64,000 nucleotides of DNA from a virus: the IMG/VR virus record IMGVR_UViG_3300024231_000003, positions 23,709 through 87,708 of that record. One strand, given 5' to 3'. Below the pieces are notes generated by a model that saw only the letters and a program-made list of their open reading frames with translations, did not search any database and was not told the origin of the DNA. Shown here in pieces: positions 1 through 8,804 of this stretch (positions are counted from its first letter, which is position 1; each line of letters opens with the position of its first letter). The translations under genes were made by a program, and so were the position numbers.

Positions 1-2
1 TA

Positions 3-1556
3 AGTCAAAAAGCAGGTATTGGAATTGGTGCTGGTAGTATACGTGCAATTGGATCTCCTATACGTAATGGTGATACATCACATACAGGCGTTATTCCTTT
101 TTATAAGCATTTTCAGTCAGCAGTAAAATCATGTTCACAAGGCGGTGTTCGTGGTGGTGCAGCTACACTGCATTATCCAATTTGGCATTATGAAGTAGAG
201 GATATGCTTGTACTAAAGAATAACAAAGGTACAGAAGATAATCGAGTACGTCACATGGATTATAGTGTACAATTTAATAAACTAATGTATGAGCGTCTAA
301 TGACAGGTGGAGATATTACATTATTCTCTCCAGCAGATGTTCCTGGTTTATATGATGCATTTTTTAATGATCAAGACGAATTTAAACGTTTATACGAAAC
401 AGCAGAACGTAATACGCATATACGCAAAAAGACTATTAAAGCGGCAGAACTTTTTGGCTTGTTTATGGAAGAACGTAAGAATACAGGCCGTATTTACCTA
501 CAAAATGTAGACCATGCAAATACGCATAGTAGCTTTGATGAATCAGCTGCTGCAATACGCATGAGTAACTTGTGTCAGGAAATTAATTTACCAACTACTC
601 CACTTACAGATTTTACTGATCCAAACGGTGAAATATCACTATGTACACTTGCAGCAATTAATTGGGGTAATATTAAAACTCCAGCAGATTTTGAGAGAGT
701 ATGTACTCTTGCAGTACGTGCATTAGATCAGTTACTAGATTATCAAAATTATCCAGTACTAGCAGCAGAGCTATCAACAATGAAACGCCGTCCATTAGGT
801 ATTGGTATTATCAACTTTGCATATTGGTTAGCTAAGAATGATCATTCTTACCAAGACATTAGTGAAGAAGGACTTGCATTAGTAGACGAATGGGCAGAAG
901 CGTGGAGCTATTACCTTATTAAAGCAAGTGCAGACTTAGCAGCGGAAAAAGGTATTATATCAGGAAAAGACGAAACAAAGTATGGCCAAGGAATCACACC
1001 TAACCAAACATATAAAAAAGACGTAGATGATCTTGTACCTCACGTTGAGCGTATGGATTGGGATAGCCTACGTGAGCAATTAAAAGAAACAGGAACACGC
1101 AATAGTACATTAATGGCACTTATGCCTGCAGAAACATCAGCACAAATTAGTAACAGCACAAACGGTATTGAACCACCACGTGCATATGTAAGTATTAAGC
1201 AATCAAAGCATGGTGTACTAAAGCAAGTTGTTCCAGGTTATCCACGCTTAAAAAACAAATACGATTTACTATGGGATCAACGTAGCCCAGAAGGATATAT
1301 TAAAATTATGGCAGTATTGCAAAAGTATATCGATCAGGGCATTAGTGTAAACACAAGTTATAATCCAGCGTTTTATGAAGATGAAAAGATTCCAATGAGT
1401 ACAATGCTTGGTCACCTATTGACATTTTACAAATATGGCGGCAAGCAATTGTATTACTTTAACACAAATGATGGTCAAGGAGAAATTGACGTAACATCAG
1501 AACCACTTGCACAAGGACTTATCGATGATGAAGCCTGTGATAGTTGCACAATTTAG
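3..1556 (+). CDS. nrdA: Ribonucleotide reductase class Ia alpha subunit (5' truncated by window edge)
   Basis: Frame open from position 3 (SQKAGIGIG...); SNLCQEI catalytic motif, MPAETSAQISNSTNGIEP, C-terminal CDSC. Confidence 0.97.
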   Translation, partial: SQKAGIGIGAGSIRAIGSPIRNGDTSHTGVIPFYKHFQSAVKSCSQGGVRGGAATLHYPIWHYEVEDMLVLKNNKGTEDNRVRHMDYSVQFNKLMYERLMTGGDITLFSPADVPGLYDAFFNDQDEFKRLYETAERNTHIRKKTIKAAELFGLFMEERKNTGRIYLQNVDHANTHSSFDESAAAIRMSNLCQEINLPTTPLTDFTDPNGEISLCTLAAINWGNIKTPADFERVCTLAVRALDQLLDYQNYPVLAAELSTMKRRPLGIGIINFAYWLAKNDHSYQDISEEGLALVDEWAEAWSYYLIKASADLAAEKGIISGKDETKYGQGITPNQTYKKDVDDLVPHVERMDWDSLREQLKETGTRNSTLMALMPAETSAQISNSTNGIEPPRAYVSIKQSKHGVLKQVVPGYPRLKNKYDLLWDQRSPEGYIKIMAVLQKYIDQGISVNTSYNPAFYEDEKIPMSTMLGHLLTFYKYGGKQLYYFNTNDGQGEIDVTSEPLAQGLIDDEACDSCTI

Positions 1557-1565
1557 GAAAAACAA

Positions 1566-2693
1566 ATGTCAGTACTTAACATAAAGAATGAAAAACACCA
1601 CACAGAAGCAAATGCATTTTTAGATGAAGGTCTAGGAATGCAACGATACGATTTAATGAAATACAAGCAATTTGATAAATTAACAGAAAAGCAATTAGGC
1701 TTCTTTTGGCTACCACAAGAAGTTGATGTAAGTAAAGATTCCAAAGACTTTAAAAATCTAACGGATCATGAACAGCATATCTTTACATCAAATCTAAAGC
1801 GACAAATTTTACTAGACAGTGTGCAAGGACGCTCTCCTAATTTGGCATTGTTGCCAATTGTTAGTCTACCTGAATTAGAAACGTGGATTGAAACTTGGGC
1901 ATTTAGTGAAACAATCCACTCACGTAGTTACACTCATATTATTCGTAATGTATACAATGATCCTAGTAAAGTATTTGATACACTGACGGATAGTAAAGAG
2001 ATTACTGATTGTGCAGATGACATTTCAAAGTATTATGATGATCTTATTGAGTATACAAACTTACATGATCTATTAGGTTACGGTACACATACTATTAATG
2101 GTGAAACTGTAGTAATTGATCGTTTGGAACATAAACGTAAAATCTGGATGTGCATTAATAGTGTTAACGTATTAGAAGGTATACGCTTTTACGTATCATT
2201 TGCATGTAGTTGGGCATTTGCAGAACTTAAAAAGATGGAAGGCAATGCCAAAATCATTAAGTTCATCGCACGTGACGAAAACATTCACTTAGCAAGTACA
2301 CAATACTTGTTAGCAAAAGTATTACCAAAAGAAGATCCAGAGTTTGCACAAATTGCAAAAGAGATGGAACCACAAATTACACAAATGTTTGTAGATGCAG
2401 TTGAGCAAGAAAAACAGTGGGCTGATTACTTGTTTAAAGACGGATCAATGATTGGTCTAAATGCAGAACTATTACATAACTACATTGAATGGATTGCATG
2501 TAAGCGTATGACCGCACTTGGAATGAAATGCCCATACACAACTAGTCAAGCAAATCCACTGCCGTGGACACAGAAGTGGATTAGTGGAGCAGATGTACAA
2601 GTAGCACCGCAAGAAACAGAAATTAGTTCATATGTTCAGGGTGGAGTGAAACAAGACGTTTCAGAAGATACATTTAAAGGATTCAGTTTATGA
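1566..2693 (+). CDS. nrdB: Ribonucleotide reductase class Ia beta subunit
   Basis: ETIHSRSY, LEGIRFYVSF, RDENIH diiron motifs; VAPQETEISSY tail. Confidence 0.97.
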   Translation: MSVLNIKNEKHHTEANAFLDEGLGMQRYDLMKYKQFDKLTEKQLGFFWLPQEVDVSKDSKDFKNLTDHEQHIFTSNLKRQILLDSVQGRSPNLALLPIVSLPELETWIETWAFSETIHSRSYTHIIRNVYNDPSKVFDTLTDSKEITDCADDISKYYDDLIEYTNLHDLLGYGTHTINGETVVIDRLEHKRKIWMCINSVNVLEGIRFYVSFACSWAFAELKKMEGNAKIIKFIARDENIHLASTQYLLAKVLPKEDPEFAQIAKEMEPQITQMFVDAVEQEKQWADYLFKDGSMIGLNAELLHNYIEWIACKRMTALGMKCPYTTSQANPLPWTQKWISGADVQVAPQETEISSYVQGGVKQDVSEDTFKGFSL

Positions 2694-2944
2694 GCATAGA
2701 AATTTATGGAAAACCACAATGTCCATTTTGTGACAGAGCAAAGACATTATGTGAAACTAGACAACTGTCATACAAGTATTATCAGCTTGGCACGGACTTT
2801 ACACGTGAGGAAGTTTTAGAAATGTTCCCAGGAGCAAGAACATTCCCACAAATTAAAGTAAATGGTAAATCAATTGGTGGATACGATGGGTTTCCACAAT
2901 ACTTAGAAGAAACAAATTATAACGGAACAGGAAATACAATATGA
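2690..2944 (+). CDS. Glutaredoxin
   Basis: CPFC active site, RTFPQI, IGGY; follows nrdB. Confidence 0.93.
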   Translation: MSIEIYGKPQCPFCDRAKTLCETRQLSYKYYQLGTDFTREEVLEMFPGARTFPQIKVNGKSIGGYDGFPQYLEETNYNGTGNTI

Positions 2945-3231
2945 TTATAGAAGCACCATATACAGTGAACGACATTGTTAGTCTTAAACTAGCAAGTGGC
3001 GAGGAAATGATTGCCCGCCTAGTAGCTGAAGATGCAACACACGCAACAGTAACAAAGCCACTAATGCTTATTGCTGCAGACAATGGAATGGGCCTAGCAC
3101 CGTTTATGTTTACAGTTAGCCCAGAAGCTAAAATTAAACTAAAAATAAATAGTATTATATGTATAGTTAAATCAGCTAAAGATGCTGTTGATATCTATAC
3201 AAAACAAACATCAGGATTGGCAACAGTATAA
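2941..3231 (+). CDS. Hypothetical protein (Sm-like fold candidate)
   Basis: Coupled ORF; IVSLKLASGEEMIARL pattern. Confidence 0.6.
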   Translation: MIIEAPYTVNDIVSLKLASGEEMIARLVAEDATHATVTKPLMLIAADNGMGLAPFMFTVSPEAKIKLKINSIICIVKSAKDAVDIYTKQTSGLATV

Positions 3232-3518
3232 TGGCAGGAGTTCACAGAAACGGCGATAGTAGAGCATGCGGTGCTAGCACAATAGCAAGTAACCCTAACG
3301 TCTTTGTGAACAACAAACTAGCGGCTGTTGACGGAAATCCAAATTCACACGGTGGTGGCAATTTAAATGCTGCAAACCCAAATGTGTTTATTGGAAATAA
3401 ACTTGTGGTAATTAATGGAAACAGTGCGTCACCTGATGCATTGTGTCCTTTGCCAGGAGGGGCTCATTGTGCGCCTAGTGCAACCAGTGCTAGCGGCGAT
3501 GTATTCATAGGCGGATAA
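3231..3518 (+). CDS. PAAR-repeat spike tip protein (gp5.4-like)
   Basis: HRNGD..CG, NVFVNNKLAAVDG, NVFIGNK, GDVFIGG repeats. Confidence 0.85.
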   Translation: MAGVHRNGDSRACGASTIASNPNVFVNNKLAAVDGNPNSHGGGNLNAANPNVFIGNKLVVINGNSASPDALCPLPGGAHCAPSATSASGDVFIGG

Positions 3519-3519
3519 T

Positions 3520-4815
3520 ATGGCAGATTTTACTAATGGTATAGAAAATGCCCAACACTATTTAAATGCAGTTGATCAAGCAAGTATAGAAGTACCAACA
3601 TCTGTTACTTCTAATTTGTTATCAGGTACAGTATCTTCAAGCACAACAAGCTTTAGTATACGAGAAATTATATGTAGTTTACTTGCTGGAAATGGCATAA
3701 AGCTACCTAATTTACAAATATGTTTAAAAGTTAATATTGGCAGACTATTAAGTATCAGTGGACTTCCACTATCTATAAAAAATGCATTACTTTCTGTAGA
3801 AAAAGCATTAGATGACTTTATTACACATACTGGTATAGACAATGTGCTAGGTAGATTAAACTCTGCCATTGGTGAATTTGCCGCTATTGCTAACATGATT
3901 AATTTTTGTGGAACACCAGTAGTACCACGTGCTATTCCAAATGTACTAAAAGATGTATTTGGAGCATACTTAGGTAAAGGACAAGATTTAATGGATCGAT
4001 TAGGCGTAATGCTTGATAATGATATTGGATTATGTTTGGGAGACGGTGGATTTAATGTAAGCATTTTTCAGTCAGGATTATTAAAAGATATTGGAGATTG
4101 GGTAGATGATTTTGGAAATATGCCAACTGCAACAATTAATAGTATTACTAACAGTTTAAAAAATCTATCTTCTGATATTAATGACTTAATTAAATTTGAA
4201 AATAACTTTAGCGGCACAGATAATGCTGGCGGTAGTACATTTAGTCCTACAGAAGGCAGAGTGCATACTGGTATTGGTACAGCACTTCCTGAAAACATGA
4301 CACTTGCTGAAAGTCAAAAATATGCAAGTTTATTAAAAGCATTGTATTCAGCTACAAGTGCTTATCCTGTTGATGATGCTGGTAATAATATTATGCATTA
4401 CTTACTAGAACCAGAACTTATATCTAAACTGGAATTAGATAGCAATCCCACATATACACTGGAAGAAAACGAACCAGTTTATGATCATTGTGGAGTTATT
4501 ACTGGTTATACAAAATCCACAATACAGGCTCCTGCACCAACAAGCACAGGCGGACCAACAGCATCAGCAACACAGCCAGGTGTAGTTGGTCTTGCAGAAA
4601 GCGGAATAGTTCTTAATAACTCTCCTGCATCAACCGTAAATCTAGGAACGACGAACCCCAATGTTCAGTCAAGTGTACCAGATACTCCTATTGGTAAAAA
4701 TGGCGATAAAAAAGGTGATATGGCAGTTAATAGTACACATACATTTATTGCAATTGCTAATTATGATGGTACAACAGCAATATGGTCAAAATCAGCAAAT
4801 AATACTAGTTGGTAA
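3520..4815 (+). CDS. Hypothetical, possibly virion structural protein
   Basis: 431 aa, S/T/G/N-rich, follows PAAR gene. Confidence 0.5.
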   Translation: MADFTNGIENAQHYLNAVDQASIEVPTSVTSNLLSGTVSSSTTSFSIREIICSLLAGNGIKLPNLQICLKVNIGRLLSISGLPLSIKNALLSVEKALDDFITHTGIDNVLGRLNSAIGEFAAIANMINFCGTPVVPRAIPNVLKDVFGAYLGKGQDLMDRLGVMLDNDIGLCLGDGGFNVSIFQSGLLKDIGDWVDDFGNMPTATINSITNSLKNLSSDINDLIKFENNFSGTDNAGGSTFSPTEGRVHTGIGTALPENMTLAESQKYASLLKALYSATSAYPVDDAGNNIMHYLLEPELISKLELDSNPTYTLEENEPVYDHCGVITGYTKSTIQAPAPTSTGGPTASATQPGVVGLAESGIVLNNSPASTVNLGTTNPNVQSSVPDTPIGKNGDKKGDMAVNSTHTFIAIANYDGTTAIWSKSANNTSW

Positions 4816-4833
4816 AATAATTAAAATTAATGC

Positions 4834-4862
4834 TTGACAAGCTGATATCTTAATGCTATAGT
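4834..4862 (+). promoter_or_regulatory. Sigma70-type promoter
   Basis: TTGACA-17bp-TATAGT with extended TG. Confidence 0.75.
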
Positions 4863-4890
4863 GTAGCTATAGTAACAAAAAGGTAAAAAC

Positions 4891-5415
4891 ATGAAAAATT
4901 CAATCCTACTAGCAACAGTTGCAACACTTCTGTCAACAGCAGTAAGTGCATCAGAAATTGTACGAACAGGCATTGTACTTAGAAGTGAACCAATTTACAC
5001 TACAAGAACAGAATCAACTCCATCTACATCATGCAAAACAATTGATGTACCAATTTACGGAAGATCTAACACAACCTCAAATGCAGGCGAAGGTGCTTTC
5101 CTTGGTATGCTATTAGGTGGTATTGGTGGCAAAGTAATTGGTGGTAACGACAAAGGCGCCGCAGCAGGTGCTATACTGGGCGGTATTATTGGTGCTGATA
5201 AAGCACAGAAAAATACAACACGCCAGATTGTTGGATATAACCAAGAACAAAGATGTACAACAGTTTATACTAACAAAAAATTACGTACTCTTGATGGATA
5301 TTTTACAGTAGTAGAAGTAAGAGAACTTGATTACTTTCGTTATGATTTTGTAAGCAATACACAGTATGCACAAGGTCAAGAACTTAAAACACGTATCAAA
5401 CTTGAAGTAAAATAA
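4891..5415 (+). CDS. Exported glycine-zipper 2TM domain protein (YcfJ-like)
   Basis: Signal peptide; GAFLGMLLGGIGG..GAAAGAILGGIIG; two Cys. Confidence 0.75.
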   Translation: MKNSILLATVATLLSTAVSASEIVRTGIVLRSEPIYTTRTESTPSTSCKTIDVPIYGRSNTTSNAGEGAFLGMLLGGIGGKVIGGNDKGAAAGAILGGIIGADKAQKNTTRQIVGYNQEQRCTTVYTNKKLRTLDGYFTVVEVRELDYFRYDFVSNTQYAQGQELKTRIKLEVK

Positions 5416-5457
5416 AAAGATAAATAAAACTGTAGATAATTAATATACTAAAAAGTG

Positions 5458-5486
5458 TTGACACTAACTCTTACATGTAGTATATT
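5458..5486 (+). promoter_or_regulatory. Sigma70-type promoter of tRNA cluster 1
   Basis: TTGACA-17bp-TATATT. Confidence 0.75.
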
Positions 5487-5520
5487 AATTATACAAATAC
5501 CAAAAACTGTTAACAGTTTT

Positions 5521-5596
5521 GCTCCTATAGCTCAGTTGGTAGAGCAACTGATTTGTAATCAGTAGGTCCGCGGTTCAAGTCCGTGTGGGAGCACCA
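5521..5596 (+). tRNA. tRNA-Thr(TGT)
   Basis: Cloverleaf, ACTGA-TT-TGT-AA-TCAGT, CCA end. Confidence 0.95.
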
Positions 5597-5602
5597 GTTA
5601 AT

Positions 5603-5686
5603 GCGGATGTGGTGGAATGGTAGACACGCAGGTTTTAGGTACCTGTGCTTCACGGCGTGAGAGTTCGAGTCTCTCCATCCGCACCA
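5603..5686 (+). tRNA. tRNA-Leu(TAG)
   Basis: CAGGT-TT-TAG-GT-ACCTG, long variable arm, CCA. Confidence 0.95.
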
Positions 5687-5777
5687 AGATGGTTAGCAAC
5701 CAGAAATAGCTCGGGTTGGCCATGGTAAGTCAACACTATTATAGGTATTTGTATAAATACTTATAACAACAGTTAAT

Positions 5778-5853
5778 GGGGCATTAGCTCAGCTGGGAGA
5801 GCACCTGCTTTGCAAGCAGGGGGTCAACGGTTCGATCCCGTTATGCTCCACCA
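5778..5853 (+). tRNA. tRNA-Ala(TGC)
   Basis: CCTGC-TT-TGC-AA-GCAGG, G3:U70, CCA. Confidence 0.95.
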
Positions 5854-5862
5854 TTAATAATC

Positions 5863-5908
5863 GCCTTTTGGTAAAGGTAGTCTTGGGAGCAGACTTTAAA
5901 CGCTCTCA
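5863..5908 (+). ncRNA. Candidate hairpin plus H-type pseudoknot RNA in tRNA spacer
   Basis: GCCTTT/AAAGGT hairpin; AGTCT/AGACT stem whose loop TGGGAGC pairs with downstream GCTCTCA. Confidence 0.45.
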
Positions 5909-5918
5909 TTTTTTTTAT

Positions 5919-5994
5919 TCCTTGTTAGCTCAGCTGGTAGAGCAACTGACTGTTAATCAGTAGGTCGTTGGTTCGAGCCCAACACAAGGAGCCA
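5919..5994 (+). tRNA. tRNA-Asn(GTT)
   Basis: ACTGA-CT-GTT-AA-TCAGT, CCA. Confidence 0.95.
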
Positions 5995-5999
5995 ATACA

Positions 6000-6087
6000 G
6001 GAGAGGTGGCAGAGTGGTCGAATGCGGCGGTCTTGAAAACCGTTGAACTGCGAGGTTCCCAGGGTTCGAATCCCTGTCTCTCCGCCA
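6000..6087 (+). tRNA. tRNA-Ser(TGA)
   Basis: GCGGT-CT-TGA-AA-ACCGT, long variable arm, G73-CCA. Confidence 0.95.
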
Positions 6088-6089
6088 TA

Positions 6090-6165
6090 GGGTGATTAGC
6101 TCAGTTGGTAGAGCGTCTCGTTTACACCGAGAATGTCAGGAGTTCGAGTCTCTTATCACCCACCA
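6090..6165 (+). tRNA. tRNA-Val(TAC)
   Basis: TCTCG-TT-TAC-AC-CGAGA, CCA. Confidence 0.95.
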
Positions 6166-6168
6166 TAT

Positions 6169-6245
6169 AGAGACATAGCTCAGTTGGTTAGAGCATTCGC
6201 CTGATAAGCGAAAGGTCGGTGGTTCGAGTCCACTTGTCTCTACCA
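6169..6245 (+). tRNA. tRNA-Ile(GAT)
   Basis: TTCGC-CT-GAT-AA-GCGAA, CCA. Confidence 0.95.
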
Positions 6246-6255
6246 ATTTAGATAT

Positions 6256-6330
6256 GCGGGTGTAGCTCAGTGGTAGAGCCTTTCGTTGCCAACGAAACTG
6301 TCGACAGTTCGAATCTGTTCACCCGCTCCA
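6256..6330 (+). tRNA. tRNA-Gly(GCC)
   Basis: TTTCG-TT-GCC-AA-CGAAA, U73-CCA. Confidence 0.95.
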
Positions 6331-6346
6331 TAAATATAAAGTATAC

Positions 6347-6423
6347 GCGGTTGTAGCTCAGTTGGTTAGAGTGCCGGCCTGTCACGCCGGAGGTCGCGGG
6401 TTCGAGTCCCGTCAACCGCGCCA
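6347..6423 (+). tRNA. tRNA-Asp(GTC)
   Basis: CCGGC-CT-GTC-AC-GCCGG, CCA. Confidence 0.95.
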
Positions 6424-6444
6424 TTAAATTAGGAGTAAGATGAA

Positions 6445-6882
6445 ATGAAATATATAACCACATTAATAATTGCATGCTTAATTGCAACAAGTACATTTGC
6501 TAAAGAGCCAGTAATGGTTGAATACGATTTTCCTATTACTAGAGTTATTGATGGAGACACAGTGGCATTTGAAGCAAACTTTTTGCCAGACCCATTCAAG
6601 AAAGAATTAAGTATTCGTGTGTATGGTGTTGACACTCCTGAAAAAAGCTGGAGAGCAGAATGTGATAAAGAAGCACAATGGGGTGCAGAAGCTAGTGCAT
6701 TTACAAAAAACATGATTAACGAATCACGTAACATTAAAATTGCTATTTACAAATGGGACAAATACGGTGGACGTGTGTTAGGTGATATTATACTTGATGG
6801 ATTTAGTTTACGTCAACTATTAATTGAAAATGGCTATGCACGTGAATATTACGGAGACAAGAAAGAATCATGGTGTGACTAA
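6445..6882 (+). CDS. Thermonuclease (SNase-like) with signal peptide
   Basis: RVIDGDT, RVYGVDTPE, DKYGGRVLG; AGGAG RBS. Confidence 0.9.
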   Translation: MKYITTLIIACLIATSTFAKEPVMVEYDFPITRVIDGDTVAFEANFLPDPFKKELSIRVYGVDTPEKSWRAECDKEAQWGAEASAFTKNMINESRNIKIAIYKWDKYGGRVLGDIILDGFSLRQLLIENGYAREYYGDKKESWCD

Positions 6883-8077
6883 TCCCAAAGATGAAAAAGG
6901 ATTTTGTGTAATACCATTTACACAATCGTTCATACAAGATAATCGATCCAGGCTATGTTGTGAAAGTAAACAAACAGACGTATTTTATTTAACAGAAGAT
7001 GTAAATTTTTCTGATATATGGAATAATGATTTTCATCAGAGCATTAGAAAACAAATGTTATCAGGTTCTGGCGTATTGCCAACATGTTGTGAAATTTGCA
7101 CAATGGATGAAGAATCTGGCGAAGAAAGTATGCGCCAATTTCAAAACAAGTATCAAAACGCAAGCATTGCTGATTTTAATAGTGTAATAGCTCCCCCTCC
7201 GATTAGTTACGATATTAGAGCAAATAATAAATGCAATCTTGAATGTGTAATGTGTGATGGACGTCTTAGTACAGCTATCCATAAAAGACTTAACGACTAT
7301 GGTTTAACTGATGATGATGATTTTCCTGTTACATTTGGTGAAGAGTGGAAACAACAAGCATATATTATTGACCATGTTAAAGAAAATAGTAGCAATATTA
7401 CTAGTATGAGATTTGCTGGAGGTGAGCCTTTTTTAATGCCAGAAGTATTAGACATGCTTGAATATTTTGCCAACACTGGAGATAGCAAAAATATTGATTT
7501 ACAAATTCTTACTAATGGTACTACAGTGAGAACTAAATGGTTTTCCAATATACTTACCAAATACAAAAAAGTAAGATTAAAAATTAGTATAGACGGCATT
7601 GGTGAAACTGGAGAGTATGTAAGATACCCTTCTAAGTGGAGCGTAGTTGATAAAAATATACAACGTCTACTAAAAATATCAAAAGAAAACGACAATATAA
7701 ATGTTGATCTAGTGCCAGTAATTCATTTGCTTAATGCATTAGAAATGGATAAAGTTATAGAGTATGCAGCAATCAATGAAGTTGATATGGCATTAACACC
7801 AGTATATACAGCAAGCAGTAATTATCATATAACAGCTGATTTACTTACTAATGATCTTAGAAAGATAGCACATGATAAAATGATGAATATGCTAGACAAA
7901 TATCCAGATATGTCATTTAGTGTAGGTAAAGGATTTATAACAAATTTGTTAAACATGAAGCAACGAACAGACCCTCGACCAATACAGCAACTTAATCAAG
8001 TTGTAAAATATTGGGATAGTCATAGAGAAGTTAAGTTCCTTGATCGATACCCATATTTGGATTATCTAATTAAATAG
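6824..8077 (+). CDS. Radical SAM protein with N-terminal Twitch-like Cys domain
   Basis: CVIPF..LCC..CxxC, CNLECVMC, FAGGEPF, TNGT, YVRYPSKW; true start may be GTG near 6874. Confidence 0.88.
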   Translation: MKMAMHVNITETRKNHGVTNPKDEKGFCVIPFTQSFIQDNRSRLCCESKQTDVFYLTEDVNFSDIWNNDFHQSIRKQMLSGSGVLPTCCEICTMDEESGEESMRQFQNKYQNASIADFNSVIAPPPISYDIRANNKCNLECVMCDGRLSTAIHKRLNDYGLTDDDDFPVTFGEEWKQQAYIIDHVKENSSNITSMRFAGGEPFLMPEVLDMLEYFANTGDSKNIDLQILTNGTTVRTKWFSNILTKYKKVRLKISIDGIGETGEYVRYPSKWSVVDKNIQRLLKISKENDNINVDLVPVIHLLNALEMDKVIEYAAINEVDMALTPVYTASSNYHITADLLTNDLRKIAHDKMMNMLDKYPDMSFSVGKGFITNLLNMKQRTDPRPIQQLNQVVKYWDSHREVKFLDRYPYLDYLIK

Positions 8078-8081
8078 TAAT

Positions 8082-8624
8082 ATGCGTATAGGACTCACAC
8101 AACGAGTATTTGAACACAACGGCCAATCATATGATGCAACAGATCAAGACTGGTATACATACTTTGACGACCACGAGATTATACCCATACCAAATTACCC
8201 ACAGAATTTTATAAGTTTAGCAGACAGTTTAGACTTGCTAGTTATTACAGGAGGCAATGCTCCTGCTGAACGAGTTAAAACAGAACTACACCTAGTTCGT
8301 GCTATGATGGATAATAATAAACCTATATTGGGAGTTTGTCATGGAGCGTTTTTCTTAACTGAACTATTTGGTGGCAAGGTTGTTGAATGTAGTGGGCATC
8401 ATAATACTATACACAATGTTACAATGGATAATGCTACAGTACAAGTAAACAGTTTTCATAATTTACAGATAAAAAATGCACCAGAAATGGCTAAAGTGTT
8501 AGCAGTAGACGAAGATGGTTTTTGCGAAAGTTGGACATATGGATCTATTGGTACAGTTGTTTGGCATCCTGAGCGTGGAAATATATCAATACCAAATGAC
8601 ATAACACTATTGTTAAATTTATAA
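8082..8624 (+). CDS. Class I glutamine amidotransferase (peptidase C26-like)
   Basis: PILGVCHG nucleophile, VNSFH, WHPE. Confidence 0.9.
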   Translation: MRIGLTQRVFEHNGQSYDATDQDWYTYFDDHEIIPIPNYPQNFISLADSLDLLVITGGNAPAERVKTELHLVRAMMDNNKPILGVCHGAFFLTELFGGKVVECSGHHNTIHNVTMDNATVQVNSFHNLQIKNAPEMAKVLAVDEDGFCESWTYGSIGTVVWHPERGNISIPNDITLLLNL

Positions 8625-8632
8625 TTTAAAAG

Positions 8633-8706
8633 TATAAATATAGTTGTAGCACAGAGTTGTGCTATTCATCAAGTATGATTCACATGTTTATAGCAGAGTT
8701 GCTATA
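8633..8706 (+). promoter_or_regulatory. T4-late-like promoter followed by twin hairpins
   Basis: TATAAATA at 8633; TAGCACA-GAGT-TGTGCTA (8647-8664) and TATAGCA-GAGT-TGCTATA (8689-8706). Confidence 0.6.
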
Positions 8707-8804
8707 TTATTTAAGGTGTGACTCATTTATTATAAAAATAAATGTTTTATTCAAATTGTCTACATAGTAGACAACATTACAAAGTTAAAATGGAGAATAA
8801 TACA

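Noticed and set aside
204-1556. ORF-track start for nrdA at 204
   Set aside because: The frame is open and NrdA-like back to position 3, so the gene starts before the window
6248-6496. 82-aa minus-strand ORF
   Set aside because: Antisense shadow of tRNA-Gly/Asp
8647-8706. Canonical iron-responsive element
   Set aside because: CAGAGT is present but C and A are paired in the stem and there is no bulged C; kept only as an unassigned twin hairpin
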